Source: an uncultured Candidatus Saccharibacteria bacterium (GTDB taxonomy: Bacteria > Patescibacteriota > Minisyncoccia > UBA6257 > Colwellbacteraceae). Taken from it: 62,379 bases of DNA. The position numbers were made by a program, and so were the translations under genes. Numbering within the stretch: position 1 is the first letter of the stretch; every line of letters begins with the position of its first letter. The stretch spans positions 1 through 62,379 of the forward strand of contig CAZRNY010000002.1 of the NCBI GenBank assembly GCA_964601595.1, in the 5' to 3' direction. Positions 8,435 to 17,365 of the stretch are shown piece after piece. The notes beneath the pieces are model-generated. The model did not search any database. It was not told where the DNA came from and saw only the letters and a program-made list of their open reading frames with translations.

Positions 8435-8524
8435 TCAGTCTATCGGAATTTGTTTAAATTAAGGAGCTACGAACGGTAGCTCCTTTTTCTTTGTTTCTTT
8501 TGTCTATCCAGGTAAAATTAATCC

Positions 8525-10906
8525 ATGCGGAATGTGATTTGGTTTAAAGATCTGTCTATAGGGGATGTGCCACAGGTGGGAGGCAAGAATGCCTCTCTTG
8601 GAGAAATGTTCAATGCCCTCGTGCCTAAAGGAGTAAATATCCCGGGAGGATTCGCCATAACCGCCGAAGCCTATCAATATTTTCTCAAAGAGGCTGGCTT
8701 GTTCGATAGGATGACTGAGGTACTTGAGACTCTCGATACGAGTAATATCAAGAATCTTCAGGCGAGAGGCAAGAAGATCCGTGAGATGATAGTCGCGGCC
8801 GAACTGCCTAAGGATCTTAAAGAAGATATAACGAAAGCTTACAAGGAGATGTGCGAGATGTACGGCGCGAAGAATGTTGATGTCGCCGTAAGAAGCTCGG
8901 CTACCGCCGAAGATCTTCCGGGTGCGTCGTTCGCCGGACAGCAGGACACCTATCTCAACATTTACGGAGAGAAGATGCTTCTTGGTGCCGTGAAGCGCTG
9001 TTTCGCTTCGCTCTTTACCGACCGCGCGATGTCCTATCGCGTCGATAAAGGATTCGATCATATGAAGACTTATCTTTCTGTCGGCGTACAGAAGATGGTT
9101 CGTTCGGATAAGGCTTCTTCGGGAGTCATGTTCACTATCGATCCGGAAACCGGATTTGAGAACGCACTTGTCATAAACGGAACCTGGGGTCTTGGAGAAC
9201 TTATTGTCCAAGGAGAAGTCATCCCTGACGAATTTAAGGTATTTAAGCCGACTCTTAAGGAAGGCTATAAAGCGATCATTGCGAAGAACCTCGGTACGAA
9301 GGATATGACTATGATCTACGGCAAGAAAGGAAAGACTGTCGAGATCATAAAGACGACTACTGCTAAAAAGAACACCTATACGCTTTCCGATGATGAAGCC
9401 ATCACAATGGCAAAGTGGGGAGTGATCATCGAGGATCACTATAAGAAGCCCATGGATATAGAGTGGGCGAAGGATGGAATATCGAACGAGCTCTATATAG
9501 TCCAGGCGAGACCGGAGACGGTTCATGCTTCTGGAGACAAGAGCGTTATCCGCGATTATGTAATGAAGAAGCCTTCCGGAAACATGCTTGCAAAGGGAGC
9601 TGCTGTCGGAAGCAAGATAGCTGAAGGAAAAGCGAAGGTCATCAAAGATGTCAAAGGAATCCTGACCTTCAAGAAAGGAGAAGTTCTTGTTACGAGAATG
9701 ACGGATCCTGATTGGGAGCCGATCATGAAGATTGCCTCCGCGATCGTTACTGATGAGGGAGGAAGGACTTCCCATGCCGCTATCGTTTCGAGAGAGCTTG
9801 GAATTCCCTGCATCGTCGGCTGTAAGACTGCATCTAAAGTAATCAAGCCGGGAGCTCAAATAACGGTAGATTGCTCGACTGGAGGAGAGGGAATCGTCTG
9901 GGCAGGAAAGTGCGAGTGGGAAACCAAGGAATATAAGATCGATATCTCAAAGAGGCCGAAGACGAAGATCATGATGAATATCGGATCTCCGGAAGAAGCT
10001 TTCGAATCTTCGTTTTTGCCGAACGACGGAGTCGGTCTGGCTCGCGAAGAGTTCATTATCGCTGCGCATATAAAAGCTCATCCTATGGCTCTTCTTGAAA
10101 TGAAGACCTTGAAGGACAAGAAAGCGAAGGCAGAACTCGAGAAATTGACTGTCGGATACAAGGATAAGGCAGAATACTATACGGAAAAGCTTGCCGAAGG
10201 AATCGGCCAGATTGCCGCAGCTTTCCATCCTAAGCCGGTAATCCTCAGGTTCTCCGACTTCAAGACGAATGAATATGCGACTCTTCTTGGCGGAAAAGAA
10301 TTTGAACCGGTGGAATCGAACCCGATGATCGGCTGGAGAGGTGCTTCCCGTTACTATGACAAACGCTTCGACAGGGCGTTTGGATTAGAGTGTGAAGCTG
10401 TTCGCCGAGTGCGTGAGGATATGGGGCTTACGAACCTTATCGTGATGATTCCGTTTTGTAGAACAGTCGATGAAGGGAGAAAGGTCATCAAGAAGATGGC
10501 GGAATACGGATTGACTCAGGGCGAGAATGGATTAAAGGTCTACGCCATGTGCGAGATACCAGCAAATGTCATCTTGGCTGATGAGTTCCTTGATGTATTT
10601 GATGGATTTAGCATCGGATCGAATGACCTCACTCAGCTTACTGTTGGAATAGACAGAGACAGTGCTGATCTTGGAAAAATCGCGAACGAACAGGATGAAG
10701 CGGTAAAGAAACTTATCGCGACCGCAATCGAAGTCGCGAAGAGAAAAGGAAAGTATATCGGAATCTGTGGCCAGGCCCCTTCTGATTATGAAGACTTTGC
10801 GACTTTCCTTGTAGAGAAGGGAATAGCTAGTATGTCTTTAAATCCTGATACCGTGCTTTCGACGACGAAAGCGATACTTAGGAAGGAAGAAGAGCTGGGA
10901 ATATAA
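8525..10906 (+). CDS. ppsA: phosphoenolpyruvate synthase (pyruvate, water dikinase)
   Basis: N-terminal 'GDVPQVGGKNASLGEM'; phosphohistidine swivel motif 'GGRTSHAAIVSRELGIPCIVG'; C-terminal PEP-utilising TIM barrel ('GSNDLTQL'). Length is 793 aa. Confidence 0.93.
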   Translation: MRNVIWFKDLSIGDVPQVGGKNASLGEMFNALVPKGVNIPGGFAITAEAYQYFLKEAGLFDRMTEVLETLDTSNIKNLQARGKKIREMIVAAELPKDLKEDITKAYKEMCEMYGAKNVDVAVRSSATAEDLPGASFAGQQDTYLNIYGEKMLLGAVKRCFASLFTDRAMSYRVDKGFDHMKTYLSVGVQKMVRSDKASSGVMFTIDPETGFENALVINGTWGLGELIVQGEVIPDEFKVFKPTLKEGYKAIIAKNLGTKDMTMIYGKKGKTVEIIKTTTAKKNTYTLSDDEAITMAKWGVIIEDHYKKPMDIEWAKDGISNELYIVQARPETVHASGDKSVIRDYVMKKPSGNMLAKGAAVGSKIAEGKAKVIKDVKGILTFKKGEVLVTRMTDPDWEPIMKIASAIVTDEGGRTSHAAIVSRELGIPCIVGCKTASKVIKPGAQITVDCSTGGEGIVWAGKCEWETKEYKIDISKRPKTKIMMNIGSPEEAFESSFLPNDGVGLAREEFIIAAHIKAHPMALLEMKTLKDKKAKAELEKLTVGYKDKAEYYTEKLAEGIGQIAAAFHPKPVILRFSDFKTNEYATLLGGKEFEPVESNPMIGWRGASRYYDKRFDRAFGLECEAVRRVREDMGLTNLIVMIPFCRTVDEGRKVIKKMAEYGLTQGENGLKVYAMCEIPANVILADEFLDVFDGFSIGSNDLTQLTVGIDRDSADLGKIANEQDEAVKKLIATAIEVAKRKGKYIGICGQAPSDYEDFATFLVEKGIASMSLNPDTVLSTTKAILRKEEELGI

Positions 10907-10996
10907 GCTGTATAGTTTGATAAGAGCCGCCCCTTATAAGGGGCGGCTCTTTAATACTCGGTCATTATAGGACTTCTATTATATAATTCAGACTAT

Positions 10997-12010
10997 ATGA
11001 AAATAGCTTTCTTCGAGATAGAGCCTTGGGAGGCTGAATATATGAAGGAGAGCCTTCCTGGGCACGAGCTCTTTTTCTATGAAGACAGGCTTGATGCCGA
11101 TCATCTGCCTGAGAGATTCGACTTCGATGTCGTCTCGATCTTCACGAACTGCAAGCTCGACTCACAGACTATGGCGCTTTTTCCTCAATTGAAATTCGTT
11201 GCAACAAGAAGTACTGGATACGATCATATCGATATCATTGAGGCGGAAAAGAAGAGTGTTCCGATCTCCAATGTTCCTTCGTATGGAGAAAATACTGTCG
11301 CTGAATTCGCTTTCGCGCTGCTACTCGCTCTCTCAAGAAAGATATTTAAGTCGTACGACCGCATAAAGGAATCTGGATCGTGGTCGCTCGACGGACTTCA
11401 AGGATTTGATCTTAAAGGAAAGACGATAGGGGTTGTCGGAACAGGAAGGATAGGAAGACATTCAATAAGGATGGCAAAAGGCTTCGATATGAATGTAGTA
11501 GCTTTCGATGCTTTTCCTGATGATAAGCTTGCGGTGGAAGCGGGAATAAAATATCTTCCATTCGAAGAGCTCTTAAAAGTATCGGATATCATCACTATCC
11601 ATGTTCCTGATCTGCCGACGACTAGGCATATGATCAATATGGAGAACATTAGTCTTATAAAGAGAGGGGCGGTCATTATAAATACCGCGAGAGGAAGCGT
11701 CGTCGAAACGGCGGCTCTCGTAAAAGGACTGAGCGAAGGCATTATTGGTGGAGCTGGACTAGATGTACTTGAGGAAGAAGTACCGACGAAGGACGAGAAA
11801 GGATTCCTTCTGGGAGGCAGGACGGATGAACATGATCTGAAGATAATGCTTCAGAACCATCTTCTTATAGATATGGATAATGTCATTATCACTCCGCATA
11901 ATGCTTTCAATACTAAGGAAGCTTTGGAGAGAATATTGCAAACTACAGTCGAGAACATAAATGCCTTTGTAATAGGGGGACCGAAGAATGCAGTCAGAAG
12001 CCATAAGTAA
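10997..12010 (+). CDS. D-isomer-specific 2-hydroxyacid dehydrogenase (D-lactate dehydrogenase-like)
   Basis: Rossmann motif 'GKTIGVVGTGRIGRH'; 'INTARG' and 'LDV...E' catalytic-domain pattern; 337 aa. Confidence 0.8.
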   Translation: MKIAFFEIEPWEAEYMKESLPGHELFFYEDRLDADHLPERFDFDVVSIFTNCKLDSQTMALFPQLKFVATRSTGYDHIDIIEAEKKSVPISNVPSYGENTVAEFAFALLLALSRKIFKSYDRIKESGSWSLDGLQGFDLKGKTIGVVGTGRIGRHSIRMAKGFDMNVVAFDAFPDDKLAVEAGIKYLPFEELLKVSDIITIHVPDLPTTRHMINMENISLIKRGAVIINTARGSVVETAALVKGLSEGIIGGAGLDVLEEEVPTKDEKGFLLGGRTDEHDLKIMLQNHLLIDMDNVIITPHNAFNTKEALERILQTTVENINAFVIGGPKNAVRSHK

Positions 12011-12446
12011 CACGAAGAAGAGAGTAATCTCTTTCATAGCTGCCTTTATTGTAACGGCGTTCATTTCTCTCATCGGAGGGGCGGTATCCTTTCTTCTCTT
12101 TCTTCTTATGATCTCACTCAATCTTCCTTTAGCGGCTCTTGCCGTAGGAGAACTTGGAGTAGGAGCTTCGATATATCTCGCATCTTTCTTCGGAGTGAGG
12201 GCGGGAGGCCGTTCCGGCGACGATAAGGGCTCGAAGGCGGGAGTCTATACTTTCGTTATAATTGAAGCGATCATGGCTCTTGGAAGCGGAGCATTATCTT
12301 CTATTTCCGGGGAAGGAGGGCATGTTTTCGGAATAGTCAGGGCTATAGCTTATATAGTAATCATGGTCATTGCTGTTAAAATTTCTCTCGGATCGAGAAA
12401 AAATAAGGAAGAAAAGGCGCTTGCCGAAACTGAATTAAAAAAATAG
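11988..12446 (+). CDS. hypothetical multi-pass membrane protein
   Basis: About 4 hydrophobic helices. It overlaps the upstream gene by 23 nt, so the start is uncertain. Confidence 0.4.
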   Translation: MQSEAISNTKKRVISFIAAFIVTAFISLIGGAVSFLLFLLMISLNLPLAALAVGELGVGASIYLASFFGVRAGGRSGDDKGSKAGVYTFVIIEAIMALGSGALSSISGEGGHVFGIVRAIAYIVIMVIAVKISLGSRKNKEEKALAETELKK

Positions 12447-12487
12447 ACTTAAATTCGGTTCGAAATTATAAACATAAAAACAAACAA

Positions 12488-12691
12488 ATGGGATTCTTTA
12501 ATCAGATAAAAGCCGCTCAGGACATGATGAAGAACATGACTCCGGAGCAGGTAAAGGAAATGATGGAACAGGCCAAAGAGAGCCAGAAGATGCTCGAAGA
12601 TATGATCACTAAGGCTATAGATAAGGCTGTCCGCGATCGTGATCTTATGTCTAGAGACGAGGTTAAGAAGATGATCGAAAACTCCAAATAA
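12488..12691 (+). CDS. small Met/Lys/Glu-rich helical protein, unknown function
   Basis: 67-aa ORF followed by terminator 'aagcgcgcc aaaa ggcgcgctt' (12699-12724). Confidence 0.45.
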   Translation: MGFFNQIKAAQDMMKNMTPEQVKEMMEQAKESQKMLEDMITKAIDKAVRDRDLMSRDEVKKMIENSK

Positions 12692-12775
12692 GACAATAAA
12701 GCGCGCCAAAAGGCGCGCTTTTGATTACTGAATGGTTGCCTTTCGTTTTTCTTTTCGATAGTCACTGCAGGCACA

Positions 12776-12810
12776 TATAAAAAGACTCCTTATTAGAGGA
12801 GTCTTTTTAT
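12776..12810. terminator. bidirectional hairpin downstream of tRNA-Ala
   Basis: Stem 'agactcct/aggagtct' flanked by an A-run and a T-run. Confidence 0.6.
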
Positions 12811-12813
12811 ATG

Positions 12814-12884
12814 TGGACCCGAGGGGAATCGAACCCCTGACCCGGCAATGCGAATGCCGTGTAATACCACTTTACTACGGGCCC
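12814..12884 (-). tRNA. tRNA-Ala (anticodon CGC)
   Basis: The reverse complement folds as a cloverleaf: acceptor GGGCCCG/CGGGTCC with the G3:U70 Ala identity pair, anticodon loop TTCGCAT, T-loop TTCGATT. CCA is not encoded. Confidence 0.9.
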
Positions 12885-13026
12885 GTAGTAGAAGATAAGA
12901 AAAACGATAAATCATTCCCCTTTGCCGGCTGATTATACGGCATGGCTCTCTTGTTGCACAAGACTCCTTACTGAAGCATAAAGCGCGGGGCTTTAGATAA
13001 GGGTTCAGTATATAATTTCAGCATAT

Positions 13027-13620
13027 GTGACAAAAGTAACCGAGAAGAAAGAATTTAAAGGAGGAGACTTTTCTAAGAAAGATATGTCTTCGGAAGAGTT
13101 TTCCGGATGCGTATTCGAGAAGTGTGACTTTTCCGAAAGCAACCTTTCTGATGCGGTGTTTATTGACTGCAGATTCGTGAAGTGTAGCTTCGCTAATACG
13201 AAGGTTACGAGATGCGTATTTCAGAATGTGTCTTTCAACGGATGCAAGCTTATTGGAGTGATCTTCTCCGAGATAAGTACTTTTCTAGTTTCGTGGAAGT
13301 TTGAGAGATCAGTGATAGATCTTTGCGTGTTCAATCGATTAAAAATGAAAGGATCATTATTCGAAGATTGTCTTATAAGAGAAGCAGATTTTATCGATGC
13401 TGACCTTAGGGGAACAAGCTTTAGGCGATCTGATTTGCCGAGGACGAGATTTTTCGGATCCGATATATCCGGGGCGAATTTCACGGAAGCGAGAGAATAT
13501 GATATCGATCCTAATTCGGTGAAGATAGCAAAAGCTAAGTTTTCTTCTCCGGAAGCCTTGGGGCTTCTTCGTCATTTCAAAGTGATAATCGATGGCAATG
13601 ATATGACAGGAGGGTTGTAA
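13027..13620 (+). CDS. pentapeptide repeat protein
   Basis: Tandem A(D/N)LxX-type repeats ('CDFSESNLSDAVFIDCRFVKCSFANTKVTRCVFQNVSFNGCKL', 'ADFIDADLRGTSFRRSDL'). The start codon is GTG. Confidence 0.8.
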   Translation: MTKVTEKKEFKGGDFSKKDMSSEEFSGCVFEKCDFSESNLSDAVFIDCRFVKCSFANTKVTRCVFQNVSFNGCKLIGVIFSEISTFLVSWKFERSVIDLCVFNRLKMKGSLFEDCLIREADFIDADLRGTSFRRSDLPRTRFFGSDISGANFTEAREYDIDPNSVKIAKAKFSSPEALGLLRHFKVIIDGNDMTGGL

Positions 13621-13955
13621 ACCACAATTTTTATATATTTACATAGTGGAACAGCTTATCTTCATTACTATTTTCCTTGTCGCCGGATTCGGAGGCCATG
13701 CTTTCGGCTATATCTAAGGCGGGCATAAAAAGCTTCCTTACTACTGGATATATGGCCTCATTATGACGCTCGTAACCTTACCTCTCTTCGGTTAGTTTTT
13801 GGCTCCCTATCTCGCTTTTTTGGATGAGGAGTCTTTGTTTCTGATATGAATGATTGAAGTTCTATGGGGTAGACGAAATTGAGGGAAAGCGTTTTTGGGG
13901 GATAGATTAGAGCGAATAAGAAGCGGAGCTTGATGGGCTCAGTTATAATTTATAT

Positions 13956-16601
13956 ATGAATTGGCACTCTCTTCCTGTTACCGAAGTTACGCGGATCGTT
14001 GAGACTGATCTCGCAAACGGCCTTTCCGATCGAGAGGCGCATAGGCGGATAAAAGAGAAAGGGGGGAATGAGCTTCCTCGAGGGAAGTCTATTACGAAAC
14101 TGCAGATACTTCTTTCTCAATTCTATAATCCGCTGATATTAATACTTGTCGGGGCAGGAGGGATAACGATATTTCTGAACGATGTGCCGGACGCGATAAT
14201 CATTGGTGTCACCATAGCGGTCAACACGGCTTTTGGCTATTTTCAGGAATTGAAGACATCGAAGATATTAGAGACGCTGAAGAAGACGGTTAAGACGAAG
14301 GCTTTCGTACGGAGAGACGGAGAAGAAAGAGAGATATTGCAGGAAGGGCTTACGGTAGGAGATATCGTCATATTGAAGGCTGGACTGAAAGTTCCGGCTG
14401 ATGTGAGGATCACGCGCGCAAACGAGCTGAAGATGAACGAATCATCACTCACGGGAGAGTGGATGCCTACCGAGAAAGATACCGATCCTGTCCTTGTGGA
14501 TAATCCGATATCACAGAGAAGTTCTCTCGCTTATATGGGAACGATAGTAGAGAGCGGAGAAGGAGAAGCCGTCATCGTGGCTATAGGAAAGGAAACAGAG
14601 ATAGGAAAGATAGCGGAAGCGACGGAAAGCACGAAGGAAGAGAAAACTCCTTATCAGAAAGAGCTTGATAGGCTGTCAAAACTTATCGGTGTAGCCGTTG
14701 TCGTCATAGTCTCCATAATATTCATCGAGGGGCTTATCGTCGGTACTGATCCAAGAGAGATATTCCTTATTTCCGTAGCGATAGCGGTCGCGGCTATACC
14801 GGAGGGACTGCCGATGGCGATGTCTGTCATCCTGACGGTCGGATCGCAACAGATATTGAAGAAAAAGGGGCTTATCAGAAGACTGGCTTCCGCGGAGACT
14901 CTTGGAAGCACTGATGTGATATTGACCGATAAGACAGGAACCCTAACGGAGGCGAGGATGAAGGTCTCTGGCATATATGCCGGAAAGAATCTTTTGAAAG
15001 GCGAAGCGGAACATCCGGAAGAAGGAAAATTATCTTTCTGCGCTACTGCTACCTTGAAGTCTGCGGTCCTTTCTAATGAAGCTTTCATAGAGAATTTCGA
15101 TATGCCTGTCGAGAAATGGATAATCCGAGGCAGATCGACTGAGAGAGCGATAGTCGAAGCGGGAATAAAAGCCGGACTAATAAAGAGAGAAATAGAGAAA
15201 GAAGAACCGAAGGTGGAAGAGATAGTGTTTAGCTCCGAGTGGCGCTATTCAGCTGTCCTTCATATGAAGAAAACAGGAGAACGAACAATATATTCTATGG
15301 GAGCTCCTGAAGCTATCTTGGAAAAATCGGCATATATCGCGAGAGAGGGAAATATCAGGCCGATGACAGGAGATGAAAAGGCGGAGATAGGAAGGCGTGC
15401 TGATGAGCTTGCTGCTTTGGGAATGAGAGTGGTCGCGACAGCTTACAAGGAAGCGGATCATCAGAAACTCGACAGAGATCTTTCCGATATGGTCTTTTCT
15501 GGACTGATAACCTTTTCTGATCCGATAAGAAGCGATGTCTTTCGGGCTCTTCAGTCCTGTCGTAGCGCTGGAATACTCCCAGTCATAGTGACGGGGGATA
15601 ACGCCCTGACCGCAAAGAATATCGCGAACTCTCTCGGATTTGATGTGAAAGATGAAAACATAATGGATGGAGCGGAGCTGGAGAAGATATCGGATGAGGA
15701 ACTTTTAAGCCGAATCGAGAGCATAAAGATATTTGCGCGCGTTGCTCCGATCCAAAAGCTAAGGATAGTTTCCACCTGGCAGAATAAAGGGAAGGTAGTC
15801 GCTATGACGGGAGATGGAGTAAACGATGCGCCAGCGATAAAGAAAGCAGATATAGGTATCGCGCTCGGATCCGGAACGGATGCTGCGAAGGAAGCGGCTG
15901 ATTTTGTTCTTCTTGATGACAGCTTTGTTGTTATCGAGACCGCGATAGAAGAAGGAAGAAAGATACTCGATAACATACAGAAAGTGGCGACCTATCTCCT
16001 TTCTGATAGCTTTGCGGAGATATTAATCGTCGGAGCGGCGTTATTCATCGGGCTACCTATTCCGGTTACGGCTGCGCAGATATTATGGGTCAATCTCATA
16101 GAAGACGGCTTGCCGAATATCGCCCTTGCCTTAGAACCGAAAGAGAAGGGAATAATGTTGAGAAAGCCAAATGGGAGAAAAGGGTCATTACTAAGTAGAG
16201 AGATGATAGGAATAATCCTTGCCATAGGAATAATCACAGGATTGATCCTTGTCGGAGCCTTCATATTTCTCTCGGGAACCGATATTGAAACAGATGTAGT
16301 GAGAACCATAATCTTCGCCATGCTTGCTGTTAATTCTCTTTTCTATTCCTTCAGCTGTAAGAATTTGAGAAAAAACATTTGGGAGATAAATATTTTTTCG
16401 AACAAGCTTCTTATCTTTGCCATTCTTTTCGGAATAATAGCTCTTTTTGCGGCTATCTATGTTCCTGTCCTAAATGTGATATTGGGGACAGTGCCGATAT
16501 CGGCGTCATTCTGGCCAGCGATAATCGGTGTTGCTGTGATAAATGTAATTCTCATAGAAGCGGCTAAATTCTATTTCGTGAGGAGAAGACGGGTCAGTTG
16601 A
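13956..16601 (+). CDS. cation-transporting P-type ATPase (P2, Ca2+-type)
   Basis: 'DKTGTLT' phosphorylation site, 'TGDN', 'GDGVNDAPAIKKADIGIA', the N-terminal cation-ATPase domain and ~10 TM segments. Ion specificity is inferred only. Confidence 0.88.
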   Translation: MNWHSLPVTEVTRIVETDLANGLSDREAHRRIKEKGGNELPRGKSITKLQILLSQFYNPLILILVGAGGITIFLNDVPDAIIIGVTIAVNTAFGYFQELKTSKILETLKKTVKTKAFVRRDGEEREILQEGLTVGDIVILKAGLKVPADVRITRANELKMNESSLTGEWMPTEKDTDPVLVDNPISQRSSLAYMGTIVESGEGEAVIVAIGKETEIGKIAEATESTKEEKTPYQKELDRLSKLIGVAVVVIVSIIFIEGLIVGTDPREIFLISVAIAVAAIPEGLPMAMSVILTVGSQQILKKKGLIRRLASAETLGSTDVILTDKTGTLTEARMKVSGIYAGKNLLKGEAEHPEEGKLSFCATATLKSAVLSNEAFIENFDMPVEKWIIRGRSTERAIVEAGIKAGLIKREIEKEEPKVEEIVFSSEWRYSAVLHMKKTGERTIYSMGAPEAILEKSAYIAREGNIRPMTGDEKAEIGRRADELAALGMRVVATAYKEADHQKLDRDLSDMVFSGLITFSDPIRSDVFRALQSCRSAGILPVIVTGDNALTAKNIANSLGFDVKDENIMDGAELEKISDEELLSRIESIKIFARVAPIQKLRIVSTWQNKGKVVAMTGDGVNDAPAIKKADIGIALGSGTDAAKEAADFVLLDDSFVVIETAIEEGRKILDNIQKVATYLLSDSFAEILIVGAALFIGLPIPVTAAQILWVNLIEDGLPNIALALEPKEKGIMLRKPNGRKGSLLSREMIGIILAIGIITGLILVGAFIFLSGTDIETDVVRTIIFAMLAVNSLFYSFSCKNLRKNIWEINIFSNKLLIFAILFGIIALFAAIYVPVLNVILGTVPISASFWPAIIGVAVINVILIEAAKFYFVRRRRVS

Positions 16602-16852
16602 CGGACACTCTTTTCACGAAGAGCTTTTTTAGTCTTGATGAGGAGTCGCCCTCAAGCTGGGGAAAATACTATGTATCCGAGTCTAATGACAGGACGAACA
16701 TAGAGCGATATTACGATGTATCTAACAAGAATAAGCCATGGACATTAAATTATATGATCCATGGAATATTAGGCTTCTATGATGATGGTGACAGCTTTTA
16801 TATGGATGCGATCGGTGATAAATACGATGTGCCGATCAAAGCAGTCTCATAG
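16598..16852 (+). CDS. hypothetical 84-aa ORF (possibly a gene remnant)
   Basis: The TTG start overlaps the ATPase stop (TTGA). I recognise no motif with confidence. Confidence 0.25.
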   Translation: MTDTLFTKSFFSLDEESPSSWGKYYVSESNDRTNIERYYDVSNKNKPWTLNYMIHGILGFYDDGDSFYMDAIGDKYDVPIKAVS

Positions 16853-17102
16853 AAGTCTTTTTCCTGTTAGGGTCAGAAAGGGAATAACCAGAGAGGAAGC
16901 TTATGCAGAGGGGAGAAATGGACTTTTCCGATATGGATCAGTCGATTATCGATGTAGGCATTTTTTAAGAAGAGGACTATCCTTGAAAATATAGATAATG
17001 ATAAGGAAGGGAGGAGTATTAAAAAAGAAAGATTATCTGATAAAAAAGACCAGTAAGTCTCCGGACGAACTAGAGGGCTATGAATGACATCTTCCTTACG
17101 CG

Positions 17103-17339
17103 ATGATATTCGGCGTCGAGAATAAGTGGGCTAATACTTTTGAAGGGATAGTCAGAGAAGATTCATTTTGGTACAATTCGACCGTTTCGGCTTCTATTAT
17201 ATCGGTGGAAAGCTATATCGGTTCATTCTCTCCTTGCGGATTCAGCAGTTTGTTCTCGACCTCGTTCTCTTTAGCATTTGCTTCTTCGATAGGATTAAGA
17301 GGTGGAAGTTCTGGCGGAGGAAGTGGCGGTGAAAGTTAG
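17103..17339 (+). CDS. hypothetical 78-aa ORF with a Gly/Ser-rich tail (possibly a gene remnant)
   Basis: It ends 'GGSSGGGSGGES'. No RBS is seen. Confidence 0.2.
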   Translation: MIFGVENKWANTFEGIVREDSFWYNSTVSASIISVESYIGSFSPCGFSSLFSTSFSLAFASSIGLRGGSSGGGSGGES

Positions 17340-17365
17340 ATCATATTCCAAAAGATATAGAACAG

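Noticed and set aside
8504-9859. 451-aa ORF antisense to ppsA. The same applies to 28003-28980 antisense to rpoB and 32601-33731 antisense to rpoC.
   Set aside because: The sense strands encode unmistakable, highly conserved proteins. The antisense translations are Ser/Arg/Leu-rich low-complexity sequences without motifs. That is the usual by-product of codon bias leaving the antisense frame free of stops.
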